A stretch of 63,181 nt of DNA, counting the filler, from Folioceros fuciformis (taxonomy: Eukaryota), in the NCBI GenBank assembly GCA_049999805.1. It is 6 parts of 6 records of this genome, joined end to end, with 100 filler letters (N's around TTAATTAATTAA, not from the genome) between each part and the next. Parts side by side here need not be neighbours in the genome. Positions count along the whole stretch, not along the records: positions 26,885 to 41,350 come from JBNGIO010005378.1; positions 41,451 to 56,632 come from JBNGIO010005380.1; 4 more parts are not named here. The stretch is one strand, 5' to 3'. How positions within the stretch are numbered: position 1 is the first letter of the stretch; each line of letters starts with the position of its first letter. Made by a program: the position numbers and the translations under genes. Below, in pieces: positions 33,358-46,933 of this stretch. The notes under the pieces are model-generated. The model was not told where the DNA came from. It saw nothing but the letters and a program-made list of their open reading frames with translations, and made no database searches.

Positions 33358-34547
33358 TCCAGGAGGTAGGGATCGGAATAATGGCGCTTGCTCGCTGCAC
33401 AGCATGCATTGATTATCTAAAAGACTGAACCCAAGTTTTGGTACATTACATACGTAATTGTCACTCATGTCACTGTGTCCCTCCCCATCGGAAACGCATA
33501 GGACGCCCCCTTACGTCTGCAAAGAGGAAACCAAGTTGACATCCCGTGATGTGTGCTGGCTATCTGAGCGAAAGTGGAAAGCAACATTCAGCCATTTCCC
33601 TTGCCTCTTTCAAGGCACCGACGTCACACAAGTATGGACAATCGAAAGGAGTCGTAGCCAAGAGTACCGATCTCCACTTCGCTCTCATCTTGTGGAGACA
33701 TAATTCTAACTGAACATGATCCCTACCTCGATGCCCGCAATACGGCGCCACAACGTTGCAGCCAATAAACCACTGAGATGTCAAGTCTGCCAACATTCTC
33801 CTAGTTTTGCAGGTGAACGATGGCAGGGCGTGACATCTCGTTGGTGGATGGCTGGCTCGCGAGGACGATGAGCTCATGAGATGGCGGCGACGACACACAC
33901 ATCGAAGCTTCCTTGCGAGATTGCTGTGAAATGGAGCGAGTCTCCCACCGAGATGTCAAGTCTCCCATTCCACCGGCCGGCCAGTACCCGGCTCCTGCGC
34001 GACCGCTGCCAGGAACACGCTAAAGGAACAGCTCGGCGGGGAATGAGAAAACCTAGCCGAGGGTGTGCACTGCCAACAACGGAGCCGCTTGCAACACAGC
34101 TCTGATCGTGTCGTATATTTATGCCGCACCCTGCCGCAACACGACAATACAAGTACATCCACGGGAGCATGCTGTTCACCGTCTTTCCGCCAAATGGCAT
34201 TGGAGGTGAACCAACCACAACCGGCGTCACCCATGAGGCACAACTCCTCCACTCTTCGAGTTGAAGCGTGCTTCTCGTTCACCGTATTTACAGTCTTTTC
34301 CTTGCCTCAGAAAGCAAAGAAGTGCTACCTAGATAAGGTCATTCTGACAAACCACTCTAAGACAGCTCTTTACAATCCGAGTTAAATACATAGAAGCTGC
34401 AGCACCAAGTTGAGAACCCGAGGCAGAGTTCCTAAAATTGTACAAGATTCACACAGGCTACGAAAACACGGACAAATCATCGCACATGCCAAGGCCTTGG
34501 AAGTCGGAAGAGACAGAATCACTACCCAAAGTACAGCCTCTCAACTT

Positions 34548-37020
34548 CTACCACATATGTGAAAACAAGAACGTGTTGTCCCGAATTCTGCTGAACTCCA
34601 GCAAGCTTGCATAAGTGCGGTCTGCAACTCCCACGTAAAGGGCCTCAGTGTCAGGACTGAAGGAGATGCCGGCCACCTCCCCAAAGATGTCGATTTCTTG
34701 ACAAAGGTTGTATCCACCCCTGGTGTCAAAGATATGGACAAAGTCCGCCGGCTCAGCCATCGCCATGTAGCTGCCGTCCGATGTGAATCGGATAGACCTG
34801 ATTGCACCCATTCTCCCCTTCAGGACGGTGACTGCAGAATCTAACTGCCGTATGTCCCACAACCGGCACGTCGTGTCCTGGTTGCCTGTGGCAAACATGT
34901 GGCCATCGGGATGCCAGGCTGATGCAAACGAGAAATCCAAGTGACCTCTCACAGTTGCAATGACCTGATCACATTAGGGAGTTAGCCGTAGGAAGGGCAC
35001 AGGGAGATTCAAACGATGCAAGCTGGATGGAACGTGGAGGAACCACAAAATCCAAATAGAGCTGTACCTTTCCATTGTGGCAATCAGCAAGCAAACCTTC
35101 CGGCTCGTCACCAACCACGACCACCATCTTGCTGTTAGGGCTCACCGAAGTGTGCTGCCAGTTCCAAATCCAGAGTAAGACAAGGCATATGAACACTGCT
35201 CGGGCCCAATCTCAACTCAGTGTAAGAGTCAATTCGTGAGTGAGCAACGAGCCAGTATGCAAGCCACAAAAACTTCTGTCTTTGATTGGCTTCCAGCACA
35301 GTAGGAGAATCGCAGTCGATGAACCCCAAGCTAAAGCATGAGCAAGCACACGGAAGAAAAGGAAGACGCTCACATTCACTGCCCAGCTGTAGTGAAAACG
35401 GTTTAACACGCAAAAATTTTCAGTGTCAAACACCCGTACAATGGCATCATTGTTGGAGCTCATGATGCATGTCGCACCACTGCAAGCACAAACGAGGAAA
35501 AAAATGTCAGAAAGATCAGCATAAGCATCCACAGGTTTGGAAGCCGTTGTAAATTACTTCTACCCTTACAGGCTCACAAACAAGGAAAAAGCTAGACGGG
35601 CATATGACCTTGTCGAATCAAAAATTTCGATGGCATTGGTGATGCCATTATCATCATACGTGATCTTGTTACAGTAGGAGACTTCTGGGTTGTTTAAATT
35701 CTGATCACGGAGAAAGAAAAAATGTAAGACCATGTTTTACACAGACGACGCCATGACAGATTGAATGTGATTCGACGGTGCATTTTTCAGTAATGTGAAT
35801 TAACAACATACACAGCGATAAATTATGTACAGTCAACTGTATCTAGAAAGACAATACATCTACAATCAAAATATCACAAAAACAACATGACTTACTTTGC
35901 ACACCATTTCGCCTAGAAAGCCCCCAGCAACAAGAAGGTTGCGCTTAACACACATGGTGCTGATCTGCACACGTCCTAGCCCTGACTGACGAGCCAGGAC
36001 AAACCATCCACTCAAATAAGCAGTAAAAACAAATTCACGAGGCGAAAAAAGAAATCGAGGCTCATATGTCAATGCCCATAAAATAGCTGCCCTGATGGAG
36101 CGACGATGTCCTAAGCAGCTTATTTAAATGGAAGAGAGCAGACTATAGCATATCAAAACAGTCACAAATACCTTGTTAGCCGCAGGAGACTCTGTGTCCA
36201 GAACTTTTGTGACCTTCCTTCTAATTGCAGACCAATGAACAATCGAATTTGCGTCCTTCACGTATACATCATGCTTTGTTGTGGTCCATACCAGGTTCCG
36301 CAGCTACAGACCAACGCTTCCACAAATGAGCCAGCTGGAACTGACAGCGCATACACAGACAGGTAACCAACAAGCAGTTCACCTCGCGCAACAAGAACTT
36401 CATGGCTACAACGGACCAAGCCAACCCTTCATACTCACCTGAAAGTGGAGAATGTGCGACCGCACTTTCCTCGTATTGTACTGAAAGTCATAGAACTTTC
36501 CGCTTCTTTCCACTACTTTGCAATTCTGAAACAACATCTCAGTGCCAGCTCCAAGACCGACAGCAGAAAGGCAGAAAGACAACCTTGCCAGTAGGGTACC
36601 CAGATCACCTTGTCCAATTCCTCCCGAATCGTTGGCAAGTTCTGGTGATGCCTGTACTCACTCAGCCTCTTCTCACGGTACTTCTGCCGGGTAAATTGCA
36701 GCCTGCTCCAGGGAATCCCCTGTATATCCATCCCTTGCCTTGCTTGCACGCTGGAAGTGTCGGAAATCTCCCTCACCTGCGAGGCGTAGAAATTAAGCTT
36801 CCTCACACAGCACGGCAGCCTCCAGAGTCCCTCCCTACCATGCACTCCAAGCGCGAAATTCCGAGAGACGTAATTCTACCGCTGCAGCGTCACTCACCAC
36901 GCTGCCATCTCCTTCCGAATCACTCTCCTGCGCAGGCGCCTGCTCCGTCCTCTCCGGATCGTCGTCGATATCCACCATGTCACCGTACTCATCCGCGTAA
37001 TCATCCACCTCGTGCTCCAT
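34548..37020 (-). CDS. WD40-repeat protein (plant uncharacterised WD/DUF2415-type), multi-exon
   Basis: Exons encode MEHEVDDY.., DTSSVQARQGMDIQGIPW..YREKRL, FQLRNLVW, VQISTMCVK..AGGF and GHLDFSFASAWHPDG..ATGNQDTTCRLWDIR..QEIDIFGEVAGISFSPD. Confidence 0.9.
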
Positions 37021-37130
37021 CCCTTGTAGAAAGGACGGGGATAGATGACGCGCTTCAGCGAGGGCACGAGCTAGCAAGCTCGCATGCGAGAAGAGAATCC
37101 ACTACAAGCCCTGATACAAGTTAGAGCCAC

Positions 37131-37213
37131 CGCACGCCACGCCACGCCACGCCACGCCACGCCACGCCACACCACGCCACCACGAGCAGAGCCGAGCCGA
37201 GCCGAGCCGAGCC
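37131..37213. repeat. (CACGC)n and (GAGCC)n pentanucleotide microsatellites upstream of the WD40 gene
   Basis: Directly visible. Confidence 0.85.
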
Positions 37214-38039
37214 GGGAAGGGCAGGACGGCGTTGTCAGCTATTCCAGACGCGCACAAATCCAACACTAGCCCTCCGGCAGCAAACAACGGGTTGTGTACT
37301 GGTTGGAGAAGCCTCTACTCACCCGGTCGTCCTCCTCTTAGAGGAATAAAATAGCATTTCTCCGCCTTCCTCTCCTTCCCATCAAAGCTACGCTGCGCTT
37401 CGGGTGGTATGAAGAAGTAACTTCCAACTAAGCCTCGTTTGCCCCGAATAAGAACTTTCCTAGCGCAGCGGGATTTAGTGGTTTCAGAAAAGAATCAATT
37501 CTATCAACTTTCTACAGAATATCGGAATAAGTGCTGGAAAACTACAAAATGCAACCTAGCAAGTGTCGACAGCATATTACAGAGGAGGAGTATATTACAC
37601 AATGATGAATCTAGGTTTCTGCTATTAAATTATTTAAATATAAAATTAAAGGCTTTAATCCGAGACCAATTTAAAATTATTATACTATTCAACTTCTTTT
37701 TTATATAAGATATTTAAATAATAAATAAAATAAAAAATCTGTATGGAGAAGGGGGGAGGTGTTGGTGAAATGGCCTCTTTTAGAGCACATGAGGAAGTAG
37801 GCATACTTCCCTTGTGGGGGTGAGTATTAGCTTATCTTTGTAGTTTAATCTCGGCTGAGTCTTAACATGTTGTCATATTACATATGGTATTCATGTATGG
37901 TTCATTACTTAATAATTATTTACACTACACTATATTGTATTATGTATTATTTTATCTTTTGCATGATGGTAGTGCAAGTTTTTAAAAGAATTTTTTTTCT
38001 TCCTTTCATCACTACAATTACCTCTAACACTTTCATCTA

Positions 38040-38200
38040 TATCTACATCTCTTAGTGCTTCCTTCAATCAACACAAGAATCTTTAACACTTCATCCACAT
38101 CTCTTATACTTCCTTCAATCACCATAAGAATCTCCAACACAATGCATTCACATCTTTGGATGCTTCCTTCAATCACCACACCAATCTTTAACATTTGCAT
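38040..38200. repeat. Degenerate ~53-bp minisatellite (about 3 copies)
   Basis: CTTCCTTCAATCA(A/C)CA..AATCT recurs near 38058, 38110 and 38163. Confidence 0.7.
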
Positions 38201-38738
38201 CGACAGTTCTCAAAGCTGAAACTTGGCTTCTCAAATCTACAACCATAGCACATGATTTAAGAGTAACAATGCATATGCACACTTCAATAAAAAATCCAAC
38301 AAGAAAATACAAGCTTACTGTTACAATGAACACCATTGAGCAGTCGCTCTTTGCCCTAATTCAAAAAATATGTCATAAAAGACATATCTCCAACAACATT
38401 TTAGACCATGGCTATAAGGGCGCTATCCATGAGGTCACAAAGAATGTCTCAAGCTCTTTATAAATAATATTAATTAATTGATTAATATATAAAAACTAAA
38501 ATTAAATAAGATTCCATCATTTATATTCTTTTTTAATGAAAATATAAGATATCAATATGGTGGTAATAAAATATCATTTAATATAAAATTCACCCAATTA
38601 CATGTAATTGTACACTATGTACGTATTTGAAATGTTAATTACAATATACACTACTCAGCAAAGAATGGTGTGGTGGTTGAACTGTAGAAACAAATCCTAT
38701 AACTTTGGTGATGTACTTTAAATGTTATTTTTGTTGCC

Positions 38739-39257
38739 ATGATTATTTTTGAAAGTTCAAACATGTTATTTATTTCAATCATACCTGCAATTTTATGGTT
38801 CAACTTAATCTTTAATCATCCATTGATTGTTGATGCTGCTGACATTCTCGATCCAATGTACTATAGAGGTACATATAGAGCACACGAATGCGGTGAGCCT
38901 CCTTCAAGATTGGTTCGAGACAAACTAATGACAGTAACAAACAAGGCTCGTAGATTGGCAGGAAATGTATGGCCACCCATTTATTACTTGTTGCAATTAC
39001 CTGACATCCTCGTCACTGCTCATTGCATTCCACTGCAACAACAGGAAGAATTCCGAGATGTCCAGTTTCCACAAATTGTGAAGGCCAAAGCTGCATGTGA
39101 TGAATGTTTGCGGTACATAAGATATGAATTGATGATTGAACTTTGTCCCTTCAGATTGGAAGGAAAATATGCTTCAACCTTCTGTGTGTTCACATACAAA
39201 TACTTCCCAAATCAGGATAACCCATTGAACTCCTGTCCTCTGCCTTGGCTTATATGA
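38739..39257 (+). CDS. Dispersed, highly divergent member of the Gnk2/DUF26-like secreted family
   Basis: 172-aa intronless ORF with a signal-like N-terminus. TYRAHEC..AHC..ACDECLRYIR..LC..GKYASTFCVFTYKYFPNQDN..CPLPW matches the cluster genes. Confidence 0.78.
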   Translation: MIIFESSNMLFISIIPAILWFNLIFNHPLIVDAADILDPMYYRGTYRAHECGEPPSRLVRDKLMTVTNKARRLAGNVWPPIYYLLQLPDILVTAHCIPLQQQEEFRDVQFPQIVKAKAACDECLRYIRYELMIELCPFRLEGKYASTFCVFTYKYFPNQDNPLNSCPLPWLI

Positions 39258-39487
39258 GACAAGACAAGCTTTGAATGATGGTAGCTTAGTAGTACCTTGG
39301 CATGATAGTAGCTTAATAGTACCTTGGCTTATGTGAGACAAGTACTGAATGACAGAGCAACTCAGTAGTGAAGCTAGAGATGTGTTGATGGTCTTTGAGT
39401 ACCTTTGTTTGTGCCTTTGGATACAGAACTTTCACTAATGGAAAACGAATCTGGTATCTCGAACACATTGTCTTCCCTGAGCTGTGA

Positions 39488-39613
39488 TAGTAATGCGAAC
39501 CATGTGTTGGAATATTTCTCCCGTGGCCATAGAAAGGGTGCTCGAATTGGTGGTAGTAATGTGAACCATGTGTTGGGATATTTCTCCCGTGGCCGTAGAA
39601 AGGGTGCTCGAAT
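39488..39613. repeat. 66-bp tandem duplication
   Basis: TAGTAATG(C/T)GAACCATGTGTTGG..AGAAAGGGTGCTCGAAT occurs twice. Confidence 0.85.
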
Positions 39614-39985
39614 CCTGATCGTCCTCGTGGACTCCGTGCGATGCATCCAAACTGATCCACATGACCTCCTGTACACATTCTGAAGGCTGTTGTGAGAAGT
39701 AAGGTCGATTCAGGTCACAGTCCGTTGGCGATTCATGTAATCAGAAACATGAAGACGAAGTTGGCGAGATGGGTGGCGAGATGGGAACCGATTCTGCGGT
39801 TCATGTAATGAGAAACATGAAGTCGAAGTTGGCGAAATGGGAACCGATTCTGCGGTTACCTTGCTATATGATGGAACCTGGATGGACCCTGTAGCACAGA
39901 AGGCTCGTCGGATGCAAGAATGCGTTGTGTCCAAAGGACTAGGATTCCGAAGCTCGTTAGGGTGGGAGCACTGGGGGAGGACACT

Positions 39986-40492
39986 ATGGAGAACAATCCT
40001 CCGGCTCAGGGAGAAGCTGGCACGGCCGGGCTCTCATCTGAGCGTGACGAAGGTCCATCCGAGTTGATAAGTCATGAAGATAATCTTGAGGACCAAACTG
40101 AGGGCGATGTCGAGGAAAACCCCTACGCCTCAACCTTCATTGCTCCGCCACATATACTGGCGCGACAGATAGAACGGCCGCATAGGCCCCCGCTGCCACC
40201 ACTCGCCGATTGGAGAACTGCGGAGGAGCTGGAGGCCCAGGCGGCCGGCGCCGACGTCTTCAACCCGCGCGTTGGCGCCTTGGAACTTGCTTCCCGCGTC
40301 ATGGGCCTGCTGCGAGCGGCAACGAGGATCTTGGACGATCTGGTAGTCGAGCTGCACCGGACCTGGGAGTCGAGGGAGGGGGAGCTGGAGAACTTGCGCC
40401 ACCAACTGCGGGAGATTCGACGGAGAGAGGACCGAATACGCTGCGTGATTTGCTCAACCCTCCGAGCTCGGGGTTCCCTCAGGGACTACTGA
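39986..40492 (+). CDS. Hypothetical protein (acidic N-terminus, coiled-coil C-terminus); possibly TE-associated
   Basis: ATG-initiated, about 168-aa GC-rich ORF with protein-like composition. No recognisable motif. Confidence 0.35.
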   Translation: MENNPPAQGEAGTAGLSSERDEGPSELISHEDNLEDQTEGDVEENPYASTFIAPPHILARQIERPHRPPLPPLADWRTAEELEAQAAGADVFNPRVGALELASRVMGLLRAATRILDDLVVELHRTWESREGELENLRHQLREIRRREDRIRCVICSTLRARGSLRDY

Positions 40493-41463
40493 ACTTCAAT
40501 CAGATCCTGATCAAGTACTGCATGTATGAGCCAGAGATGCTTAAGAGTGTTTAACTAAAAGTAACATAAACGCAAAATGGCTAGGGAGTAAAATATCGAG
40601 AACCCACCTCCTGTGAGCACTGGAGAAGGTTCCGGTAGAACTTGGCGTTCACGGCACGCAACGCGTCGTTCGTGCAATACAAGAGGCATCCTGCGAGAGC
40701 AGAGAGTCACTTTTCCTGCAAGATCCATCTCCTGTGCGACACGGAAGACCGCTCCCGGCATCTACTTCTCCAGATCCACTTTGGCGTTATCCTGGCCGCT
40801 CAACTATACCCTAGCCCAGTTGAACACACATTGGAACCCTGAATTGCGGGAGCGGGATCAGTGAGCTCGCTGCAGATCTGAACCTTTGTCCCCACAGCTG
40901 CCGAAGAATCAGCAAGCCAGCAGCTCTGAATATTTACACTCAGTTCTTCCGGAAGTACGTGCTTCACCTGTGAAGATGGTGTCATCGACAGCCGATGCGG
41001 CAGCTCCGCATCTTGGAATCCACCACCCTCGCAGCATCCACTGCGACCGACACCTCGCACACAGCCATGGCCATGGCCACAGCCGCAGCCAATTTCTGGG
41101 ACCTCGCTCTCAGCACGGCCAGAGCCACCGCCGTGTTCACCTCCTGCCTCGCTCCAGAGACGGATCTCGCGGCTTCCACACCACCGCGACGCTGCAGGCC
41201 TGGCTCGTCGCCTTAGCTTCTGCAAACCTTGACCTGCCTGCTGCCATGGATGGCTTTGGGGCAGGGCCGTCCCCCTGTCACGCCGGCCGCCACCGCCTTC
41301 GCTGTGGAGGCGGCAGGAGAAGACACTTCCGCGGCAGAGCTCAGTCAGAGNNNNNNNNNNNNNNNNNNNNNNNNNNNNNNNNNNNNNNNNNNNNTTAATT
41401 AATTAANNNNNNNNNNNNNNNNNNNNNNNNNNNNNNNNNNNNNNNNNNNNTGTTGTCGAAATA

Positions 41464-41580
41464 AAAGACCACCACAAAGAAAGAGGAAGAACACTTGTAA
41501 AAAAAAAGACCACCACAAAGAAAGAGGAAGAACACTTGTTGAAAAAAAGATCACCACAAAGAAAGAGGAAGAACACCATT
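41464..41580. repeat. ~41-bp tandem repeat (3 copies) at contig edge
   Basis: AAAGACCACCACAAAGAAAGAGGAAGAACACTTGT is repeated. Confidence 0.85.
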
Positions 41581-43299
41581 GCTATTAATCTGTGCACTCT
41601 TTGATGAACCTTGAAAAGTCCTTACTCATGACCCATGGGTCTCAAGAGTAAGAGGATGGAAATGTGCTGGTCTCACATGAGAGAATACTTATGGACTTTG
41701 GCGCTTGCACAACCCTATGCCATCCATTAGCGGGGTCGTGCTTGCAAATCAAATCCCTTTGCCATGGGTCGAGCTTGCAAATCAAATCTCTAAATGAAAC
41801 ATAATTGGAGTGGCAGATCCAATCAATGCAAAGGGAAGGAACTCATTGTGGCTCTTTGGTTAGTGGATTCTTATTCAAAAGTTTATTTTATGCTACTTAA
41901 TCTGCTAGCCAAACTTTAGTTATGGGAACTTGAAGACAAATTCAACTTTGTTAGAGGTGAAGATGAAGATTATAGAGAGCTTGCTCAACAAGTTAAGAAT
42001 ATACTTCTATGTAATAGCCATGTCTTTTGCCCAAGCCCAAGGAGCCCCTAGGATCTCGTTAGCCATCCATGAGAGGAGTTGAAGATCACATTCTTGCAAA
42101 CAAGTGATCAACCTATGAATGGACTAGACTTGAACAAGAATGCGACAAGCATTTCAAGAGAGGAGGGACCACACTAATTGATCCCACCCAAGAATTATGA
42201 CCCGTAGATATGATGCAGTCAAGAAGCATCCAAACTTACATACTTCTTTAGATTATCTACAAATACATAGGCTTTAGATTGTCTACAAATACATAGACTA
42301 AGCCAAGATTCTTTGTATGACCTGGTCACTCCATCTAAGTACATCTAAGTATTCAATTTAACTCACATGATGTTGTATGGGAGATTGTTCACCAACTTCA
42401 AACTTCAAGAGTCCTTGAGCCAACTATTTTAGGAAGACACTTCAAATCAAAAAAATACTTAGTTTCTAGTAGCTTCATCTCTCAAATCTTGTAGGCTACT
42501 CTACTAAGTGATAGACAATCCGCATTCCCAGGTATCCAAGATTCCTTATTGGTAGTCAGTGAGTTGCTTTTCGGTGGAAAATGTGTTAAGAATATGATAT
42601 TAAAAAATGTTTAGTGATCAACACGGATGAGCCGGCCATACCGGTTCGGAAACCCGTATGCACGAAACATGCTAAAAGTGATTGGTATAGATGACAAGCG
42701 CCAACCTCAAATTGGTGTGGTCATGTGCCCGCAGTTGCAGTATGGCTGATAGCTTTCAGCCGGACACCCGAGAAAAATCAGCTTCTTGTAATGGGTTCTC
42801 CAAGGAGCATAGGTACTCGTCCTCCACCGGCTTTCCAGTTTCATCACTGGTTTGTACTCCATTTCTTGGAGATTTACTGTTGGTCTCTTCACTCTTCAGT
42901 CTTCGAGCTGAGCTTCCTCGGAACACGGGCTCGCACTCTCTCCGTTCATTTTCGCACGTTTCTTTGCTTTGCCGTCCCCTTCTTCGACACTTGGAACACC
43001 GAAATCAGAGCGGTGTCTCTCCAGTTCTTCTGTTCGCGGCAGCGGAAAGCTCAAAGGATTGCGTTGCATTGCATTCCGTGTTCCTGATGTTTCCCGGTTT
43101 TATTTCGGAATTAAGGCGTTGAAAGTAGCCTGGCAACGACGATAAAGTGGATGCAGGGGGGCCAAGGTCGATTGGGGTGTAAGATCTCGTCGACATCGGG
43201 AAGAGAAATTTAGACTGGAGAAGGGAGTGGCGCGGCCTGTAGAAAACATCAGAGCGAGTAACCTGAAATTGTCGCACAGATTTCCATTCTGCTATTGGC

Positions 43300-45470
43300 C
43301 GACGGCTCGTCAGAGGATTGCGGACTCTGGACGCAGGACTGTGCAGGTGTCTCATCCTCTAATGCAAAGTGCACGGACAGCCCTCTGCAGAGACATTTCA
43401 CATCATCATCAGTCGTTTTCTCCGATGCGCAGGAATGAGATCCAAAAGCACGGAGAGGAAAGTCTGGATCTGCCTTCTGCGGGGATTTTCTACGCTTTCT
43501 TCTTAGCGTGGTCATCACGCATATGACAAAGGACGAACGGTATATTGCTTTCCACTATCCATCCAGATGCAAGTGGCCACGTATGATTCGCAAAAGTTGG
43601 CTGAAAGGCTAACGTTCCTTCCGGCAAACTGCGACGGCCGCGTTCCATGATGTCGAAGAACCCACCATGTGCTGGTGACTGGTGGGGCTGGGTATGTAGG
43701 ATCACACGCTGCCCTATGTTTTACTGGAGGATGGTCATCATGTTACGGTTGTGGGGTGTGCTTGGGTCAAGCGATTTTGAAATTGTTTTCTCTTTTGAGG
43801 TGATGTGATAGCTAGGGCGGGCGCATGCTGAAGTAGATCGTGGCCGGAAACTAAATCTGTCATGCTGGTCTTGGAGGAAAATCTATCTCGTGGAAATTTA
43901 GGGGCAGTGAAGATCCTGCGAAGTCTTTTTCCAGAGCCAGGGAGATTGAAGTTTGTAGATGCAGATCTTGGAGACAGAAGAGCTATATGCTTGCCGTACA
44001 TGCTGGAACGCTCAAACAGGAGTTCCCGGAAACTTCTCGGGCGTTTTCTGTTTAGGAACGTTCGTTTCTTTTGTCACATGTAGTTCCAGATTCAGACCCT
44101 GTGCTTGGTTACCTCAGCGCTGTTGAAACAGATGAAGAAGAACATCTGTCTTCCAGGAGAACAAGTTCGATGTGCAGTTGCTTATGTGGGAGAGTGTGTG
44201 GCTGAGCACCTCCAGTACCGTCTCTCTCGTTCTTAACACAAGTCCAGGTTCTCGCCTTGCAAGAGGCAGTGCAGATCGAGAACAGGGTCTTGCACACTGA
44301 TGTCTGTATTCAAACGATTCTAGCAGGCATTACCACAACATCACAGTCAACACTGTGTTGTTGCTAGAAGCCATTAACGCCACGAATATTACCAATCTTA
44401 TGTACTCCAGAACCTGGGCAACCTACCGGAACCCAAGGAAATGCCTATAACAGAAGAGACCCCTCAAGTCAGCTTTTCACATCGGGCCATGTGATTCACG
44501 TGTTGAAGATGCTGACCAAATGTGAGCTGCTGCTAATCACAATTTTGCAGGTCCCCATTAGACCTTGTGGAAAGGCAACGCAGATGGCAGAAGACATCAT
44601 AAAAGGCTGCCCTGAACGGCAGGGTTGCAGTAACTATACTGAGGTCAGATGTGTGCAAATAGAGTGTAATATACTAATATACATTTCAACAATTGATAAA
44701 ATACAATCTCTGCATCTTTGCGCATGCCGTCTGTACCTTTTCTGCTCGAACGTGCAGATACTTCAGTGCCATCGGCTCAGACCCAAACGGTAGGTTTGGA
44801 GATGCACCAAGATCCGAGCTTCGTAGGCCCCTAGGGTCTCTGTTTCTCTGGGGCATGGTTTGATGCTGCCTTGGGTCTCATTCCAGGGCTGATGGTTGGT
44901 TTCCAGGTCACTTGTGCTCTAGCATCGTCATCGTCGACTGCTTCTCATTCAATGCTATGTGTACCCTGCAGGTGGAAGGAACCAATTATGAAACCGGGGA
45001 CGGTACATGTTTTCGCGATTACATACACGTGACGGACTTGGTCGATGCCCATGTGAAAGCCCTGTCAAAGCTGGCCAGCAAGGAAGTTCGGGTTTGCAAT
45101 GTAGGCATTGGAAAACATATTAGTACAATATATCATGGTCTAGTTTTCACAAATTGGCTTGTTTGCTTATGCCAGATACCGATCAGGTCTGATCGCTGAA
45201 ACACCCCCTGTCTGTCTTCCCAGTTGCAGGAAGGTGTGCCCGAGAATTTACAGAAGCCTGTGACGGTGCCACCGGTCAAAATACCACCGTCCTCCATGGA
45301 GAGACGAGAAGGAGACTACGATAACGTATCTAGTGACCTCCCAAAAAAAAAAAAAAGAGCTGACCTGGGTTGGACTGGAAGATATACCGACTTGCAGGAG
45401 AGTTTTGGAACTGGAAAAGAAAGGGCTCATCCCCATGGATACGAGTCTCGCCGATCACTTGGCCAACTTG
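43300..45470 (+). pseudogene. UDP-arabinose 4-epimerase (UXE/MUR4-like) unprocessed pseudogene
   Basis: Fragments HVLVTGGAGYVGSHAAL (then a frameshift), [32 protein letters not shown] and [29 protein letters not shown]. Other exons are frameshifted or degenerate, and introns are retained. Confidence 0.85.
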
Positions 45471-46933
45471 TGTTCGATTAGACATATGTATTACAGTAGA
45501 CCTTACTACTTCAGAATGGTCCTGTCAGCTTTTACAAACCACGATGCCATCCACTCATAACAAAATATTCGAAAGTTTGCAAAAGAAAACAGTTTCACCT
45601 CCTGTCATACGGCTATTCGTGATCTGGACTGTCCTCTGCCACAAGACAAAAAGACATCGCCATGCAGTGCTACCAGATGGTAGCAAATCGCCGTTTCCCG
45701 GGCATTTCTTCTTGTCCACAATGGCAGCCCGTCGTAGCCAGAAGAGGGTTGTACGTTTTCTCAGATCTGCAAGTATTATATGAGCCGTGAGTGCTCCCAA
45801 GGCGCTGGCACCTGCTTCCCACACTCTAACCACATATCCGCATAAGCAGCTTGAGAGGCAAGCAGCAGCACGGTTAGAGATATCCTCGTACGATAAGCAT
45901 TGTGATGAAGCATATGGACATCCAGGTCTGCGTCGCTGGCTGACGGCTAGCTGCAGCACAGGCTGGTGTGCACTCACTTGTCCAAGACCTAGCAACGTCA
46001 CGCATCCACTCGTCAGTCATCCGCAGAATGCAGGCGTAAGCGAGGACCACTTCTCCGTGAATGAATCATCGCAACGGAGTAGAGTATGGGGTTCTAGGTC
46101 AGGGCACGGGGTTCCTGGGAGGAGTATGAAATCGCCACCGCGGTTCGAGCTCCACCTCCTGCTCCAGCTCCAGTAGCAGCTCGAGCAAGCAAGCGGCCGT
46201 CGAACCGCCAGGTCGCGAGGTGTGGCACGTGCAAGCCTTCCTCGTCACGCGAAGCAGAGGTAGGCGGGCTGAGAGCGAATTTTTCGTTTTCTCCTTGTGA
46301 AACATCCATCTCGGGAAGCGAGGAGGCACGAATCGCCGACTGGGAAACCGGGCGCTGCCGGTGACCAGAATCGAATGTGGAAGACGACCTAAAGCAGCGT
46401 CGCCGGGAAGTGCGCTCCTCTGGAGGAGGATTGCATGCACAGCCACAATGGCTGCTGCTGCTGCGGCCGCCTTCGCTGCAGCAATCGCAAACGCAACCTC
46501 TGTTACACCAAGATGATGCTCCGTGGTCGTGTGGGCTTGCCTCCCTGCTTTTTCTGTCTGCCCTGCTACGCCGTCTTCGCTCCTCCTCTCAGGAGCAGTT
46601 TAAAACGCCAAGGAGCTGGAGGCTGTCTTTTTCCTTCTCGGGCGCCGACGGCTGTCGTTTGACTTGCCAATTCTATCTGCCCCTTTCCGTATGGGGCTCA
46701 TGTAGAGGTATACAACCTTGTGTGAGTAGTTTTCTCGGTGTATTCAGTCGTGTCGACCCACCTTGTTGGAGGGTTGCCTAGGCAAGTGCCGGGTGATCTC
46801 CTGCTGGGTCATGTGCTCTGTGAGGATGCGTATTCATGGGGCCTTTCGTAATTTGCGTGTTCCTTGACCGTGGAGTATCCTAGGAGTGAAATTGCGAGTG
46901 GTGGCAGCTGTGTGCGTGTTAGGGTAAGGTGAT

